A stretch of DNA of 64,000 nt from Balanoglossus misakiensis (GCA_040954595.2 CM082593.2:4977434-5041433), one strand, 5' to 3'; counted from the stretch's first letter, positions 13,678 through 27,974 are shown. The notes: generated by a model not told the origin, from the sequence alone. Translations and numbers: made by a program.

Positions 13678-14567
13678 CTACCAAGAACACGAAAAAGACT
13701 AGTTGAAAAAAAAATCGAATATAAAAATCACTTTAGCTGTCCCTTTAATCCTTATTAGTTTTTGAGTTCCCTCCCATTCGAAAATGACAAATCAACATTC
13801 GTGAATTTCGACACAACAACCTGCAGACACCGCATTTTGTCAAAACAGGCTTCTAATTTTTCCGCCAAGATAAAATTATTTTTGTAGCGCATTACTAAAA
13901 AAGTGATGAAACACTGGCCGTTTTCCAACATGTGAAATGACACGTGTTGCAAGTTATAGATTTCAATAACAGCTCTGTCTCAAGGACCCGTAGTAAAAAT
14001 CGTCGTCTTAGCTAACATTCACGGGTATATAAAATGTTGTGACTATTGTTTGATGTGAGTGGTTTTATTTCTGGGTTTACAGGTCGAAAAGCGAAAAAAT
14101 AATCAGGTTCACGGTGATTCCCCTCTATTTGGGGGGCTTGGCAGTGATTTGGGCCGTTGATGACTTCTTTATCACGTCGTTAGTTAAATTGATGTGTTCA
14201 GTGCTGTAGAGTGACTGTCACCGTAATCATGTGAGTGCAACGGGCCGAGTACTAAGCTGGTATCTCACGTCAGCCAGCGATTAGGCCGCTCAATCTCACC
14301 CAGTTCATAGTTCATAAAGCCACTCCCGCCCTTTTTCAAAACCACGCATGCCAAACGTCTGTCAATCATCGTTACCAGCCCGCATACCCTGTGATACATA
14401 GTAGTCTTGCTCTTGAAACATCTATCGCAACTGAAAAGAATGATTGATCCCCTGTCCGAATTTTTATCTCAAAAGTCGGATTATGCTCATAATCTTAATG
14501 TAATATAGGTGACAGATATATGTACGAAAAGACTGACCCCACTTACGCCATGTCAGGCGAGCGATTA

Positions 14568-14942
<375 letters not shown>

Positions 14943-15252
14943 TCAGATTCATAGACAAAGGATAAAAGCCTGTAGATTTTGTTTTGGTGGTTGATTTTTG
15001 GAAGCTGGCATTTGTTTTTAAGGTCTCACCGGTCCTAAGAAAGCAGTTTAGGGCTTTTTATTTGACAGAATGCACATTATCTGATTCCCCGTCATTCAAA
15101 TACACTTTGTATGGAAATGAAATTTTTTTCTGTATGGCTGGATAATTTTTGGCGGGCAACTTGATTTTGGGTCATCCTGTCTCTGTCTGTTAATTTATTA
15201 TTTTCCCACTGTTTGAGCCCCAAACATGTCAACCGTTCATGCAGCCACTTAC

Positions 15253-15760
15253 TGTTTTATCAATTCTGCAGACAAGGTACGATATATTTTCGCTCTTATC
15301 AAATCGACCGGAAGCTATACGCGTGTTGCGTGTCTGTCTCTCTACATGAGATACGCCGTTAGCAAACTCACTGTCGATATGACCACTTGAACATTTTCCC
15401 TCAACGGACGTTAGAGCAGCCAATAAAATCCGACAGTTCAACGCGGGAAGCGCGAAAACTTCAAAGACCCGACTCTCCGAAAAACAGCGCTCTTGTAAAA
15501 TGCATAAAAAATAGTACATTATGCGGGCAACGACTTCTCTTTGAAGGTCGCCAACTCCCCCAAAACACAACAACAAAATGGACGAAAACATACTTTGATT
15601 AATAGCGAAATGAGTACGCCACAACAATTTAATTTGAACTGACGTCACCCTTGAAATATAACATAGCAAATACGAGCGATCGAGCTGCTTTCATTTCGCC
15701 ATGTTGAGGTTGACGCGCGCACGCACGCCCCAGAAAAAACGCACACGCGCACCCCGGGAG
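15253..15760 (-). promoter_or_regulatory. Putative promoter and non-coding first exon of the Pitx-like paralog
   Basis: Minus-strand donor ACA|GTAAGT with exon end at 15253. TGACGTCA at 15640-15647, a YY1-like CGCCATGTT at about 15697, and a CpG-rich gcgcgcacgc tract at 15714-15760. The frame compatible with the phase-1 acceptor has a stop just before the donor, so the exon would be UTR. Confidence 0.4.
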
Positions 15761-16650
15761 CTTTGCAGCCATTTCGAATTCCATATATTGTTAAATGGTG
15801 ACTGATTTTCTCGAATCCAGAAATCTGAGATTTTCTTTTTAATTTCGAAATATGTTTCTGGGCAAAATGCGGCGGAAGGTTTAAGTTTCTGACTTGTGGG
15901 GCAGGCAGTGCCTTAACACATAACTTTTATATTGACAAACAGTCGCCGTAATCCGGTAGTAGCATATATGTGAGTATAGCCTTTTGTGGAGGTTTAGACT
16001 GAAAGCGGGACTAATACAGTCTTGAGTATATATTTGTTCCGATGGTTGGTTTTGTCCACCGTGGTATTGACTCTATCGATTTGCCCAAAGCTTTAGCTGA
16101 GTGCGGGGAAACCCTATAGTGATGAAAAGGAGGCTTGCCCGGGGATCTCCTGTGATCCTGTATTTGTTTTGCGCACTGCGCCAAGGGCAAGCCGGGTTAA
16201 ACACCATATTCGCACAAGTTGCGGAGTACACCGACACCGGTACAGAACCAACCGCACTGCGGGAGACTATTTTTGCCGGGAGGGATGTTTGAGGGTAAAA
16301 TATCTGTACGTCTGTGAAGTTTTGACGACGGTGTGTTCTGCGAGTGTCGGTATGCAGGGCGGACTGGCTCGGTTGTTCGGTTGTCCAACATTAAGTTTAC
16401 CGTTGGGTCGTTTCTTTGTAGGGGCTTTGTGCCAGCAGCAATTACCGCGACATGATATACTCGGGATTTGTTTACACATAATAACGCTACCTGGCGACAG
16501 ACGTACAGCAAACACTGTAACTTTTTGATGGCTTCGCTAAGAAAGCTGTCGTGTACCCAAATAAACTTTTTTTTGTCCGAGTCGTTCACGAATGCTGAGG
16601 TCATTTTGGACTAAGGTTCCCCCATTTAAAATAGGCTTAGACGTTAAATT

Positions 16651-17330
16651 TTATTACACCTCGCGCTGTATTCCGTACTCTTGATTGGCTGAGACCGTTC
16701 CACGTGACGTAGAAAAAACCCCGTGATATAACATGGTTGACAGAGTCTATGGCCCGTAGGTAGGGGCTACGGGCCGGGGATACGGATACGCGCGCGCGGT
16801 GAGAGGATATGCCAGCTGAGAACAGGTTTTAGGTTCTGCGCGTCTTTTCTGCGCATAACAAACTGTCGTGCAATGGCTTCCTTCACGATCAGTCAACTCC
16901 CGCATCTATGGCTTCAAAGCGACACACAGGATTAACACCTGTTCAACTGGACGATATTGTACTGCAAACGGACAGTAAATACACCGAAGTCGCAACCAAC
17001 AGCGCGGTTTCCTCAAGATTATCTGAGTTCGAAGTAGGTACAGCGAGATATTTTAGTTCACTGCAACCTGCAACGTACGACATGAACGCAACCATCTATG
17101 CTGTATGTATGGTCAAATGTTTGGTGTAAATGTAATACAATTAGCCTAATAACACATGATGCTCGGACAATATCATGATCTTTAGCCTGTCCTCGGGCTG
17201 GTGATCTCTGTCCATTATATTGATGATGCCAGAGCCGCAGGCGAGGGTATCATCAATATTATGGTCAGAGATCACCATCCCTCGAGCAGGCTAAAGATCA
17301 TGATATTGCCCTCGCCAACATGTGTTATTA
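16651..17330 (+). mobile_element. Probable non-autonomous DNA transposon (Crypton-like) with a long terminal hairpin
   Basis: Begins ttattacacc, with an inverted copy ggtgtaa at about 17123. Contains a CCAAT box (gattggct), CACGTG, a 9-bp stem-loop at 16751-16775, a truncated ORF 16908-17129 (MASKRHTGLTPVQLDDIVLQTDSKYTEVATNSAVS) and a 184-bp imperfect palindrome at 17147-17330. The family assignment comes from remembered similarity to the N-termini of DUF3504/Crypton proteins, not from a search. Confidence 0.55.
17147..17330. repeat. Long imperfect inverted repeat (about 84-bp arms, about 15-nt loop)
   Basis: taataacacatg...caatatcatgatctttagcctg...tggtgatctctg...tattgatgatgcc pairs with ggtatcatcaata...cagagatcacca...caggctaaagatcatgatattg...catgtgttatta. 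The loop contains gccgcaggc. Confidence 0.95.
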
Positions 17331-20300
17331 TTAAACTATAATTCGGTGAGCCGGCGTTTTAAAAACGAGAAAAACGCCAAAATACCACAATCCGCCATCA
17401 AATGGCTCCGCACAATACTGCGCACGCGTCGCCATCAGCGCGCACGCGGATGCAGCGCGCTGGACGGTAGCTCATCCTTAGCAACTGCTGCTCGGTAGAC
17501 CGCAGAAGTTGCTCTATTTATCCCAACTGACCCGGGCCCTACATGACCCGCTCTGACAGTGTCTCCAACTTCAGAAACCCAAAGAATATTAAAGTGGGCA
17601 CTTCTTCCAACAACTCGTAGGTTGGAATCGATCCAGGTAGAGCGCGGCTGATTGTCGATGTTTTTACGCAAGAAGAGGTTTGCAAACTTGTGTCTTATCG
17701 CTACGTCTCGTGATAAAAAACAAAATCTCGGCAAACCCCTTCGAAAGACTTAATATGAAATCAGTAACTTTGTTAACCATGGTTGCTAGCATCAATTAAA
17801 ATTCCGGCATAATAGATATCCGTTACGCAGCAGTTGTAGCCATGTCTGCAGTACATGGTAAAGAAACAGAGTCGTCCTCAAAACCAAGCCTCGCTGTTGT
17901 AGGTCACCCATTTATTACATATGTTTGCCGATCTCCGTGAAAGTACCAATGCACATAAAATGAAGTGGACGATTCGAACACTCTTTAAAATGCTTGTTCC
18001 TTTCAAAACTCGCTGGGCGCAGCCCAACTATGCGCCGCGATATTTAGCCGCATTTGGGCGTGTAATTATACAGCTTTATCAAACGGGCAATTTCGGGGGT
18101 GAAAAAACACCGCATTAAACGTTGTTAACGGATCGACGCCGTGCACACGGTCGCAAAGTACACAGACCCGCAGATCCGCCTAAAAAGAGCGCTCCAGTCG
18201 CGATAAAACTGACATGGCGTCTGCCTGACGACGGAGCCAACGCGTGCACGGTCGCCGTTTCCAGGTACCAGCTTTTGACCTCCATACCCGAAACAACGAC
18301 TGCCAGAGAGACAAATAAAAACGTGCCAAAAACTTTCCAACCATTTTTTGAAACGCTTGATTTTGTCCGCAGCAAAAAAAATCACGCGCACTAGAACAGA
18401 TAGGTTTAAGTTTTCAAACGGTTGCCAAGTTGCCCCTTGGGCTTACGATAACATAGGCATACATGTAGCTCTTACCCTGATCTGTGAAAACCGTCTCACC
18501 CTTGTCTGAATCGTTCGGATAACCGTTACACACAAGCACGATTTATGTAAAACTCACTTCAAGGTTTGAATAAACGGATATATCACTCGAAATCTGTCAA
18601 ATCATATCACTCGCAATACGCCAAAACCCCAAATTTATATTTTCTGCTATTTTGGCAGTTTCGACTAGTAAAATTGTTTCCCGTTATCACAATGACACGC
18701 GTGTCAGCTTCGAAACAAAGAAAACTGAGCCCAAAACTAACAAACTAACAAAAAACACACGTCGTAGTATTAAAAATTGCTCCGCAAATGGTTTGATCTT
18801 GCGACAGACGACAAAACTCGCTTAGGAACGTCTAGACACCAAGTAATAACCCCGAAAAAAAGTTAAAAAATAACGTTTCAATAATCGCGATCAATTATGG
18901 GAAGAATTATAACGTTTCAGATAAGAAGAAGATAGCAATAATTATAATACAAATATACACAGATGGCGTCAAGTTTTGCAATGTGCTCGCATATCAAGGG
19001 GGGATTGGCCCTCAAGTTTGGAATTTTACGATTAACATAGTTGCACGGACAATGTTTAAATTTACTCGGTGATAGGGGAGTTGTGTGATAGAGTACTCGC
19101 CCCACTGTACCGCGGGGTCTAGCTGAACTGACCTAGTCCGTTTCAAATTTGCAGGCACTTTTTTCGGGTTTTATATCTTAGTTATCGCTTAAATACTCTA
19201 TGATAGTACCGGTGCTTCTTGTGCCGAGTATGCCCGCATTTGTGTCCTCCTTTCGCGTGGTCGAGTTTTTTTTGTTCACAATAGTTGTTTTTTTTGTGGT
19301 TGCAACTCTCAGGATTGTAATGATTGTGGACATATGTATTGTAATGTTAAATAATGCCAAAAGTAAAGTTGTCTAGTCGAAGAATGTTTGGAAATGGAAC
19401 GCGCGGATCTCGCGGTGTGTATGCGGAACAAAAAAACGTTAGAGGAACTTGGAAACTCACGTATAGTACGACGGTGTATATTTTCTTGTTACAATATGAG
19501 AACTCATGAACGTGGAAGACAAGAAGGTGCATATTTGCCGACCCTACCTGCGCTCTGCTGTCGGTCGACGTCGGTGCGAATCGAGTGATCTTTACCACAG
19601 CTGCCCATCGCCGCAACCCCAGTTGTCCGAGCACTTGACATTGCCGACGGCTCCCGTTGCCGCGTATCGGTGTGCGCGAAGGCGTCCACTGACGTCATGG
19701 GTTCATGGAAGTAGTTCATTGCTTCGGCGGTGCGGCGCGCGGTGTCAATCAAAGTCGTTCAAGAGATCCACTGCACCTCATGAGACGGGATCAAGAGATC
19801 TGCCACGGAAATGTTACTCCAGCGGCCAAGTCTCTCGTTTATATAATTCAGTTACGGTTTAATGTACGCAATTGGCCAGCCAATCCCCGCATTTACGGTG
19901 TCATTACAAGTGGGCCAACGTTACCGGGGTGACACCCACTCAATTCGTTGTCAACCAATATCATAACGACGAGACACTTCATCTTCGGCGCGTGGACAGA
20001 ATATCAACCGAGCATGCGCAGACCCATTTACAACAAATATTTTCCACCCCTTTTCAGCCAGAGGGGTGACGCGAATTTTTCACCCCGAACTCCAAATAAC
20101 CGTACCCCTGTACGAGCACTTTAGAGTTTACATGGAGACACTGTTACCTTTGATTCATAAAAGACCGAAAGAAAATCGCTTGACAGTTTTAAAACATGAT
20201 ATTTTATTTTATAGTCTCACAAAATCCCCGTATACACATGCTGCATGTTTTACTATGTTCTATTATGTATGATATAGGCGGCAAGTAGCCAAGAAGAAAA

Positions 20301-22294
20301 CGGGAACTACCGCGCCCCTCAAAATGACCATACGCTTACAAATAATGGCGATAACATCCCTAAATAAATTTTGCAGAAAATAAACACAAAATACGGGTGA
20401 TCAATATAGAAATGATTGAATAAAATATATAGGAAAATGTTTGGGGATTCACGCACCACTATAAATAAAAGGTATATTTCTTAATCACCCAGATTGTCTG
20501 ATTTATTTCCTCTTGTTTAATTTCAGGAACACATGGAGCCGCCAAGGTCCCGCAGGTGAATATGCCATGGCCGGTAAGAAAGAGTACATGTTGTTTTTAT
20601 ATACCGAAATATAAGACGAACTTAACGAAAACAAATAATGGAATTTCGCCAGGTAACTTATTGTGGAAATTCTTCATGGGCGTGGTGATTTTTGGAACAA
20701 ATTGAATTGCAAACAATCACATCCCGTTATCAGCATCACAATTTTTCAGCCGCAGACACATTTATGGGTGATACTCACGGCTTCATTCAACACACGAGCT
20801 GAGTGTGTTCAACACACTATACTACGAAGCACAGAAGCTCGCAAAGCTACTGTAGTAGTATAGGGGTATAGTATAGGTGTTGTCCGAGATTGAAGCGTGC
20901 GTCACTTAAGTTTGATAATTTATCACGATAAAAAGTACTATCGGTCGACGAGAGGTGAACGTCAACAGGTTTCGTGCGGTTTTACCAAAAAAAGCGATGA
21001 AAGCGCGCTTTGTGCTGTGGCACCCGTTTATCAGGCGATACGCATGCCCAGACCTTGTCGCCCAGACAGTGATGGACAGTTACGGACAGCTCGGCGTGAA
21101 TTATGACGTTCATTACGGCGACCCCTGACCCGAACAACACCTGAAGTACATTTTTGGTATTCCTACCTGCGTCAATTTCTCAACATCAGATGAATCAAAA
21201 CTGTAAACGCCGGGTTACTAACGACCTCCAAATGAGACAAGCACTCGAAACCAGGTGGGCGTGGCTCGCCTGACGACTCCTCGACTCGAGAGAATCATAT
21301 TTTATTTCTCCACTCCTTGACTGCGGGATTAACATATTTGGAGTGGCCAGGACCGAACACGTCGTCCAAAGCCTGGACAAGTCCAACTCCAACCCCTTCA
21401 GCTGATGAGCGAATTAATGAATAAGCTCTTTATGTAGAGAACAAGTACATTAACGTGTCAAAAGTGAAGTACGCACTGTCACCATGACGTCATCGGGAGC
21501 TGACCGACCAACGGAGAAGTTGTAGCCTACCGTACATATTTCAAACATATTTAAATTTTTCGAATTCGGAATGGAAGCCAAGTAATTTCTTTTGTCCAGG
21601 GAATGATGTAATTTATCTTGATATCCTATATGGGAACAGTGAAACGTTTCAGGGACAACAACTGTACGCTACGGTATCGTGGATTTTCACATATTTCACG
21701 TTAGTCTCAGATTCAGACACGTTCAAGTTAGTTACCGTTGGTTGGTCGCCCAGTTCCAATGCTGGCGTGCTTTAGTTACCGGGGTTCTATTAAGTAGCTC
21801 CTTTCGTGTGTCAAGTAAAGATATTGAACCTGTTGAAACAGAAGTGTACAAACTTGCCCAAAAATATTTGCTGCCAAAAAATACCGATGTGGAGCCCAAG
21901 CGTGCCTGATCACCGAACAACAAGCCGGCAACCGAGCAACCGGGTAAAACGACAGGAGCCAACTATATGCAGAACACATTCCACTATTTAAAGTACCAAG
22001 CGAACAAAAAATGTTTACTGACCAAGCGATTGACCATAGAACAACTTCTCAAATCGGAAAATGAAAATAAAACGATATAAACTATTTGCACATGGATGAA
22101 CCGTACCATCGAAGAACCAGTATGTACGTAGGTTAACTGAGCCAAGCCACATTGAAAGACAGAACAATATAATTTTTAGATTCATTGGTCACATGACCAC
22201 ATATTTATGGGGAAGTGGGATACATTAAAGAACGGAGTAACAACAGACCAACTGGTGTACTAATCCAGTCGAATCCGTGACTCATTACTTCAAG

Positions 22295-22490
22295 CATCAG
22301 CCCACCACCTAACTTGCCAACCAGTTAACAACCCATATCTAACAACCAACCGAACGACCATGTACACAGTTCCACATATCCCTTCCGGACCCCGACAACC
22401 AACCAATCAACCGCCCCAATTCGGCCCACCCACGAAGAAGTCAGCCGACCAACCAACCATCCAACCGACCAACCATTCAACCGACAAATC
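22295..22490. repeat. Degenerate (CAAC)n microsatellite
   Basis: Repeated aacc/caacc/ccgacc units. Confidence 0.6.
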
Positions 22491-24879
22491 TATCGCCCGA
22501 AATCCAAATAAGTACATGTATATCCATAATCGTTCTATCAAACTCTTGCAAACACAATAACTGTTTACATCCTTCTCCGATCAGTATATCATATGGTTTC
22601 AAAGTCATCGATGGGATTAGCCCATGTTACACATTCCAAGTGTCAAAACTGACAACTGCACTCCTTGACAGACCTCATTAGATTAATACACCCAGTAAAT
22701 CACAGGCAGCGTTTCGACAATGAACTTGATGGATCGGCACGAGGGGACAAGTTCGTGGCTTCCACTTAATCGTATCCAATGTCCACTAGGGAATGAAAAA
22801 AAGTTTGCCTCATCCCCCATCTACCAAAACACTTGAATTTCAGGCCTTGATCGACAGCTTATTTGATATTGATAGCATTCATTTGATCACCACATCATAG
22901 TACATATGCATTTATCATTCAAAAGATGCTCTATGTATCTACATGTAAACCTCATTTAGAGAAAAAAGAGATTCGTTAAACTTGCCAATATTTGGCTAAG
23001 TGTACGCCATGAGATTTGTTAAGGATATGCCGCCACCATGTCGTTGTAACTTTATCTTCATCTTAATGTCTTTTACAGACAGAAATCGGGAATCACAGAA
23101 ATGTAATCAGATGATGAATGCTAAGGCTGGGATGGTCAAGTACTGTGACAGTGCTACATGTTTTGGCGAGCGGAGAAAGATGGACAACGTCTCATACATG
23201 ACATGTGGAGAGCGGCTTGACCGAGGCTTCGACTTTGATAATGGACCGATGGCATGCCAGATGATATTGCTGATTAAGGTATGATTGGTGTCCAGTGTGT
23301 GTGAGATGCAGAATGGAAACGATAAGGCCGGGATTAAGTTCAATAGACAGAGTAGATTTATGTTGTCCAAGGTAGTAGTTTAGAGAGGTTTGATAAGACG
23401 AGACAGGTAAAGTGGAAGAGAAAAATCCTGGGAACGGGACAGATTATGACTCTGCAAACAGCCAAGCACTCGTGCTATCGTGACATTCACCGACCCCAAA
23501 CCATCATCTTGTTTGTCGAGTCGAGTACAAACTTTACTCAAGCGTGATTTAAGTTATTTGGTGGCTAAGGACCGCGGTTCAGTAAACAATCCCGGCGTGC
23601 CTTGCGAAAAAACGACGTTTCTCATGCGTGTTTTCCCGACACGCCTTGCGAACAATGGCGCATCTATCTCTCTGTTTCCGTCGATTGTCTCAACTGAGAG
23701 CAACAACCTGATAGCGGTTGATTTATAGAATTGTTAGGAACAACTGGCGGGCTGGCTTATTATCGCACAGGGGTGGCCAGGTCGGCAACTGATGCGACAA
23801 AGATGTGACTGTACTCCAGCACAATAACATTACAGTTATGTATACACAGCACCCCGTGAAATTTTAGAGCACAAACCACGAAAAGAGCCATTAAAAACAC
23901 GTTCTGTCAATCAACATACAATAACCAGTTAAACCAAACTATGCAATATTTTATAAACACGAGCGCTACTGTTGTCGCGAAAACATATTTCATCATGTTC
24001 ATTGTTTAAAACATAAAAGCTACCACTTTAATGTTTATGTACCCAGATCTACGGCACCATCTGTAAATATCTGCATAACATTTTCTCTGTCAGGGAAAAG
24101 TGACGTAGTTAAAATTGACGATCCGCACGACATACAATTATTCTTCTGATAAGACCAAATGAATGAATTAAATATGACTGTGAGAAAAAAAATGGCGCGA
24201 ACCTATTGAGGGAGGACTTAGTCTTGCCGACTTGTGGATTAAGTGAGATCATTGTTTTATCCCCTTCTTTATTGAGTTAAATTACTACCGAGATCAGAAA
24301 TCCTGACTGGTTGTCCTGTGAAAGGACTTTCGTGACGAATACCGCGTCATAATACTAGTATTCAGTGACTATGCACAACTGTTAGTTCATTTGGTGTCTG
24401 ATTGTATTAGAAGTGAAAAAGAAACGGTTTTGGTTCATCTGTCGGTTATCGCCCTGTGATTCGTCAAGAAAATGTGTATGATGAAATACACAATGCTTTA
24501 ACTGCATGTACACTCTGACTCACATGAAGGCTACTGCGTTTTAGTTCAGTTTGTGACATGTGTCTTCTACACGAAAATCTATAATTGAATGCGTCGGTGT
24601 GCTTTCGCGCGATGCACGCGCAAACAGGTGATTGAATATATCGATAACATCTGTTTTGCTCGCGCTCTAGAGGAATCGTCCCTCTTTGCCCAAAAAAGAC
24701 AAAAATTAAAGCAATCTGCGCAAGCCTAATACTGCCGTGAGCTCTGACAGCTAAGTTGGATGTCACAGCCCCGATCAAGGAAGAGCCACGTATAATTGGC
24801 ATTTTATCACCAAATTAAGACGTCGTTTCGAGTTTTTTCCCCCGCAAGTATTGTTATTTACGACGCGGGTTTCTGATCC

Positions 24880-25201
24880 CGAATCCCAATTGGCTGTTGA
24901 TTTGCATAACTCGTAATTGACCGGGACGAGTTCGGTTATGGTGGCAGCGATATGCCAAATATTTCACGTTCGTCGGGACATATGGTAAAACCGGAGTAAT
25001 CCGCCGGAATTCTGTGTCAGCGACAGTCCGCCGTCTGATGGTGTACAAACAACTGCTGCAAAAAGACAGAACGTTGCCAGGTCAAGGAAGGAACATACGG
25101 GTTACTCTTGTAGTCACAGGCAGAGCGGAAAACCAGAAGCGAGTTGAAAAGTCGCGAACTGTCAGAACGCATGCCTCTGCGATCGGACGATTATAGAAAC
25201 G
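24880..25201 (+). promoter_or_regulatory. Putative distal promoter and first exon of Pitx
   Basis: CCAATTGG at 24886-24893, octamer ATTTGCAT at 24900-24907, CpG-rich, strong donor ACG|GTGAGT after 25201. ATG 25171 gives MPLRSDDYRN plus 1 nt (phase 1). Confidence 0.45.
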
Positions 25202-25307
25202 GTGAGTAACCTATTTATTATTTTTCACTTCGGAACTTTTAAGGATTTATCACTCCCAATTGCAAAGTAACTGCTAAATGTTTAACTAGTTTAACTTCCA
25301 TTATCAG

Positions 25308-25368
25308 ATGACGTTGTTCAGTGACAGTACGGCCGGAGAAGACACCAAAAGACATATCGACTCAACCA
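25308..25368 (+). CDS. Pitx: Pitx putative distal-isoform exon 2 (start-codon exon)
   Basis: ttccattatcag|ATG ACG TTG...TCA ACC A|gtgagt, encoding MTLFSDSTAGEDTKRHIDST plus 1 nt. The phase-1 donor is compatible with the acceptors at 27975 and 46156. Confidence 0.5.
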
Positions 25369-27974
25369 GTGAGTGTCTCAGCTTTTAAAGATAAATGATA
25401 CATTTTCATTGAAATCTGAAATACATGTATATGCGAAAGCATACTTGTAGCTATCAACACAGTTAATAATTTCCCCCAAAGAATCATAATCGTACGTCTT
25501 TTACGCTACCGAAAACAATGAAGACTGTAAATGACGTAACCACGTTCTTGATATTATTTGATGTGTGGCCTTGACGTCTTCGCTTGATGTCACTCTTTGG
25601 CTCAAACGTTTATTGTTTCCTGAAAATGAGGGAATAGCCAAGCCAAGGAAAGATAACAATGGCGCATCACATTAAAACTTCACGGGCTATAAAATATATG
25701 TTGACGACAAAAAGTGTCGCGACGTTGGTCGCCAATGCGAACATAAGAGATTCAACTGGTAGTCTAGAATAGAAGAGAATAGACGAGAATTATAGAAGTG
25801 CCTGTTTATCCGAGAGTGAACTATGTAGAAAACTATGTAGAACAGGACATTTTACGAGGCATGTGTAATTAAAGAAAACAAAATACAAGTCGCTCAAAAA
25901 AAGTGAGACTTAAAGCCAATACGATCATGTAATACTAGATGATCAGAGATCGCAAAAGCTTTACGCAATCCTCGGACATTCTTTCGGTTGTCTGCAGCGA
26001 AAAAGAAAGCTGTATATACGTTAGTATACGATGCGCGCTCTTTTATGTAAAAAGTATCGATATTAATATTCATATCGTTTTTTGTGGTTTAAAGTTAACT
26101 GCCTTTATTCTCGTTTGTCGGCGCAAACACAAGAAACTTGTTGATTTTTTTCATATACATATCGATTTCGCCGAAGCCAACCTCACTTACGGGATCTAGC
26201 GAACCTAAAGTTTATCGCAAGAAATAAAACAAGACGTTTCTCCGCAGCGATTTTTGATAGCAGTTGAATCTGTCAACAGAAGAAAAGAATTCCGAAAAGA
26301 ATGGGACATTGAGAGAAACCCTTCGCCGGATTTGTTGTCTTTGTCGTGTAATGCTTGTAAATGTGCGTTTAATCCGCTGTGTATAGTTTTGATTAACTCA
26401 TTCGAGCGAATCCGCCGCTTTACGGGGCTTTAAGTGGATAACACTCTCTCGATAAATCATCCCGAGATCTCAATTATAAGCTGGCAAAAATCTCCCTCTG
26501 ATTGTCTCGTAATATTTCGGTATTTGTCTTTTATGGAAACTTTAAGGGATGGCTCGTGCGTGTGGCCGGGATCGTGTGACAGAGAAAATATACACTTGCG
26601 ATTTGGTGAAATAGTCCACAGAATGGATGAGATAGGGTGTCGCTCTCCAGTGACACCCACTTGTGGCGTCAATCAGAAGGATTCACTGAAATATGGCGAC
26701 CACGCGAGCTGATGCGCGCCCAGACGACCGGTTGCCGCGATTAAAGTACCAGCGTGGCATTCATTTCGGAGCGGGTGCGGATTCTTGTCATGCCCGATGC
26801 ATTTGTCGTTTATTTGAGGTCGGGGCGATGTTATGTCTCGACAAACGCTCCCACTGACTTTCTGACCTTGTCGTCTGCAAACTTCGTGGAGTTTTGATTT
26901 ATCTTCGTTTGTGGACTTAATGCGCCACGTTCGAGGCCTTAAATTAAATTAAGGAAATAATTGTCAAGTACAACCCCCGCACCGTGTACACCAAGCTAAC
27001 ATTTCCGGAACCCGTTTCTGACAAATATTTTATGACACTCAATCAGCGAAAAAGCATGAACCAGCAAAGCCACACTCGATGATGCGACCTCCGTACCAAA
27101 TTTCAGTCAGAGGTCGAGTGCTTTTAAGTTAAACTCACTGAGAAATACTTTAAGTTGTGTCGGCGGCCTCAGGTCTTGACCGGTTGTCAAAACCTAGATA
27201 CTTTCTCTTGAATATGTCCCATCTAATTTTCGACGATCATAGGGAGGCGGGCAACCATTTTCTTTTAAAATTGAAATGCTATACGATGCTTGTTCCGCGT
27301 CGTGCAAAACAGAAGTCAGAGTATCTGAACAATTGTGTAACTTATACTTGTAGTTGTATTCATCAGTAATAAGATTCAAAAGCCATCGATCGTTCCACGC
27401 ATCCAGAAACGGCCAGACGCGACTGACTATCCTATGAATCCGAGTCTGAATCTGAATCCACGCCCACTAACCACTGACGCTCAAAAACTTGCAAATTTAA
27501 TAATCGATCAGATATGAAATCAGTGAGGGCGATGAACGCTGAATGAGAGAAAGCCAATGAGAGAGGGCCGGGCAAATCTGAAACGATACTCAGATTGAAG
27601 TTTTCCACCGAGGAGGCAACACATCAAAGACAATTCTCCGGCGAAGAATCCCTTTACCCTCAAACATTCCAAAGCTGTGGTTTGCAGGTTCAAATTTGAT
27701 TCGATCAACTGTATCCGGTTTCGGACTCGGTAAAAGTCGCCGCATTCCTTCTCCAAACCTAATATTTTTATAATTTCATCGCAGATCGCTTCTAATTAGG
27801 GTTAATTTAGAGACAATTCTCTTGTTTATTTCTCTGAGATTCTGAGAGATTTTATTGTATCGCATTTCGTCATTCCGCCGTCTTTAAGTGTTGTTATTTG
27901 AAACTGAGCCCTCCGCACCGGAGGATTTTATCACGAGACCGAAATCAAATATGATAATTTGATTTGTTCTTCAG

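Noticed and set aside
23000-23400. Coding-looking stretch, possibly a decayed retroelement
   Set aside because: I could identify no reverse transcriptase, endonuclease or transposase motifs in the frames examined.
25819-25842. 12-bp tandem duplication AACTATGTAGAA x2 (similar ones at about 10216 and 62065)
   Set aside because: Ordinary slippage duplications, not CRISPR-like or otherwise structured arrays.
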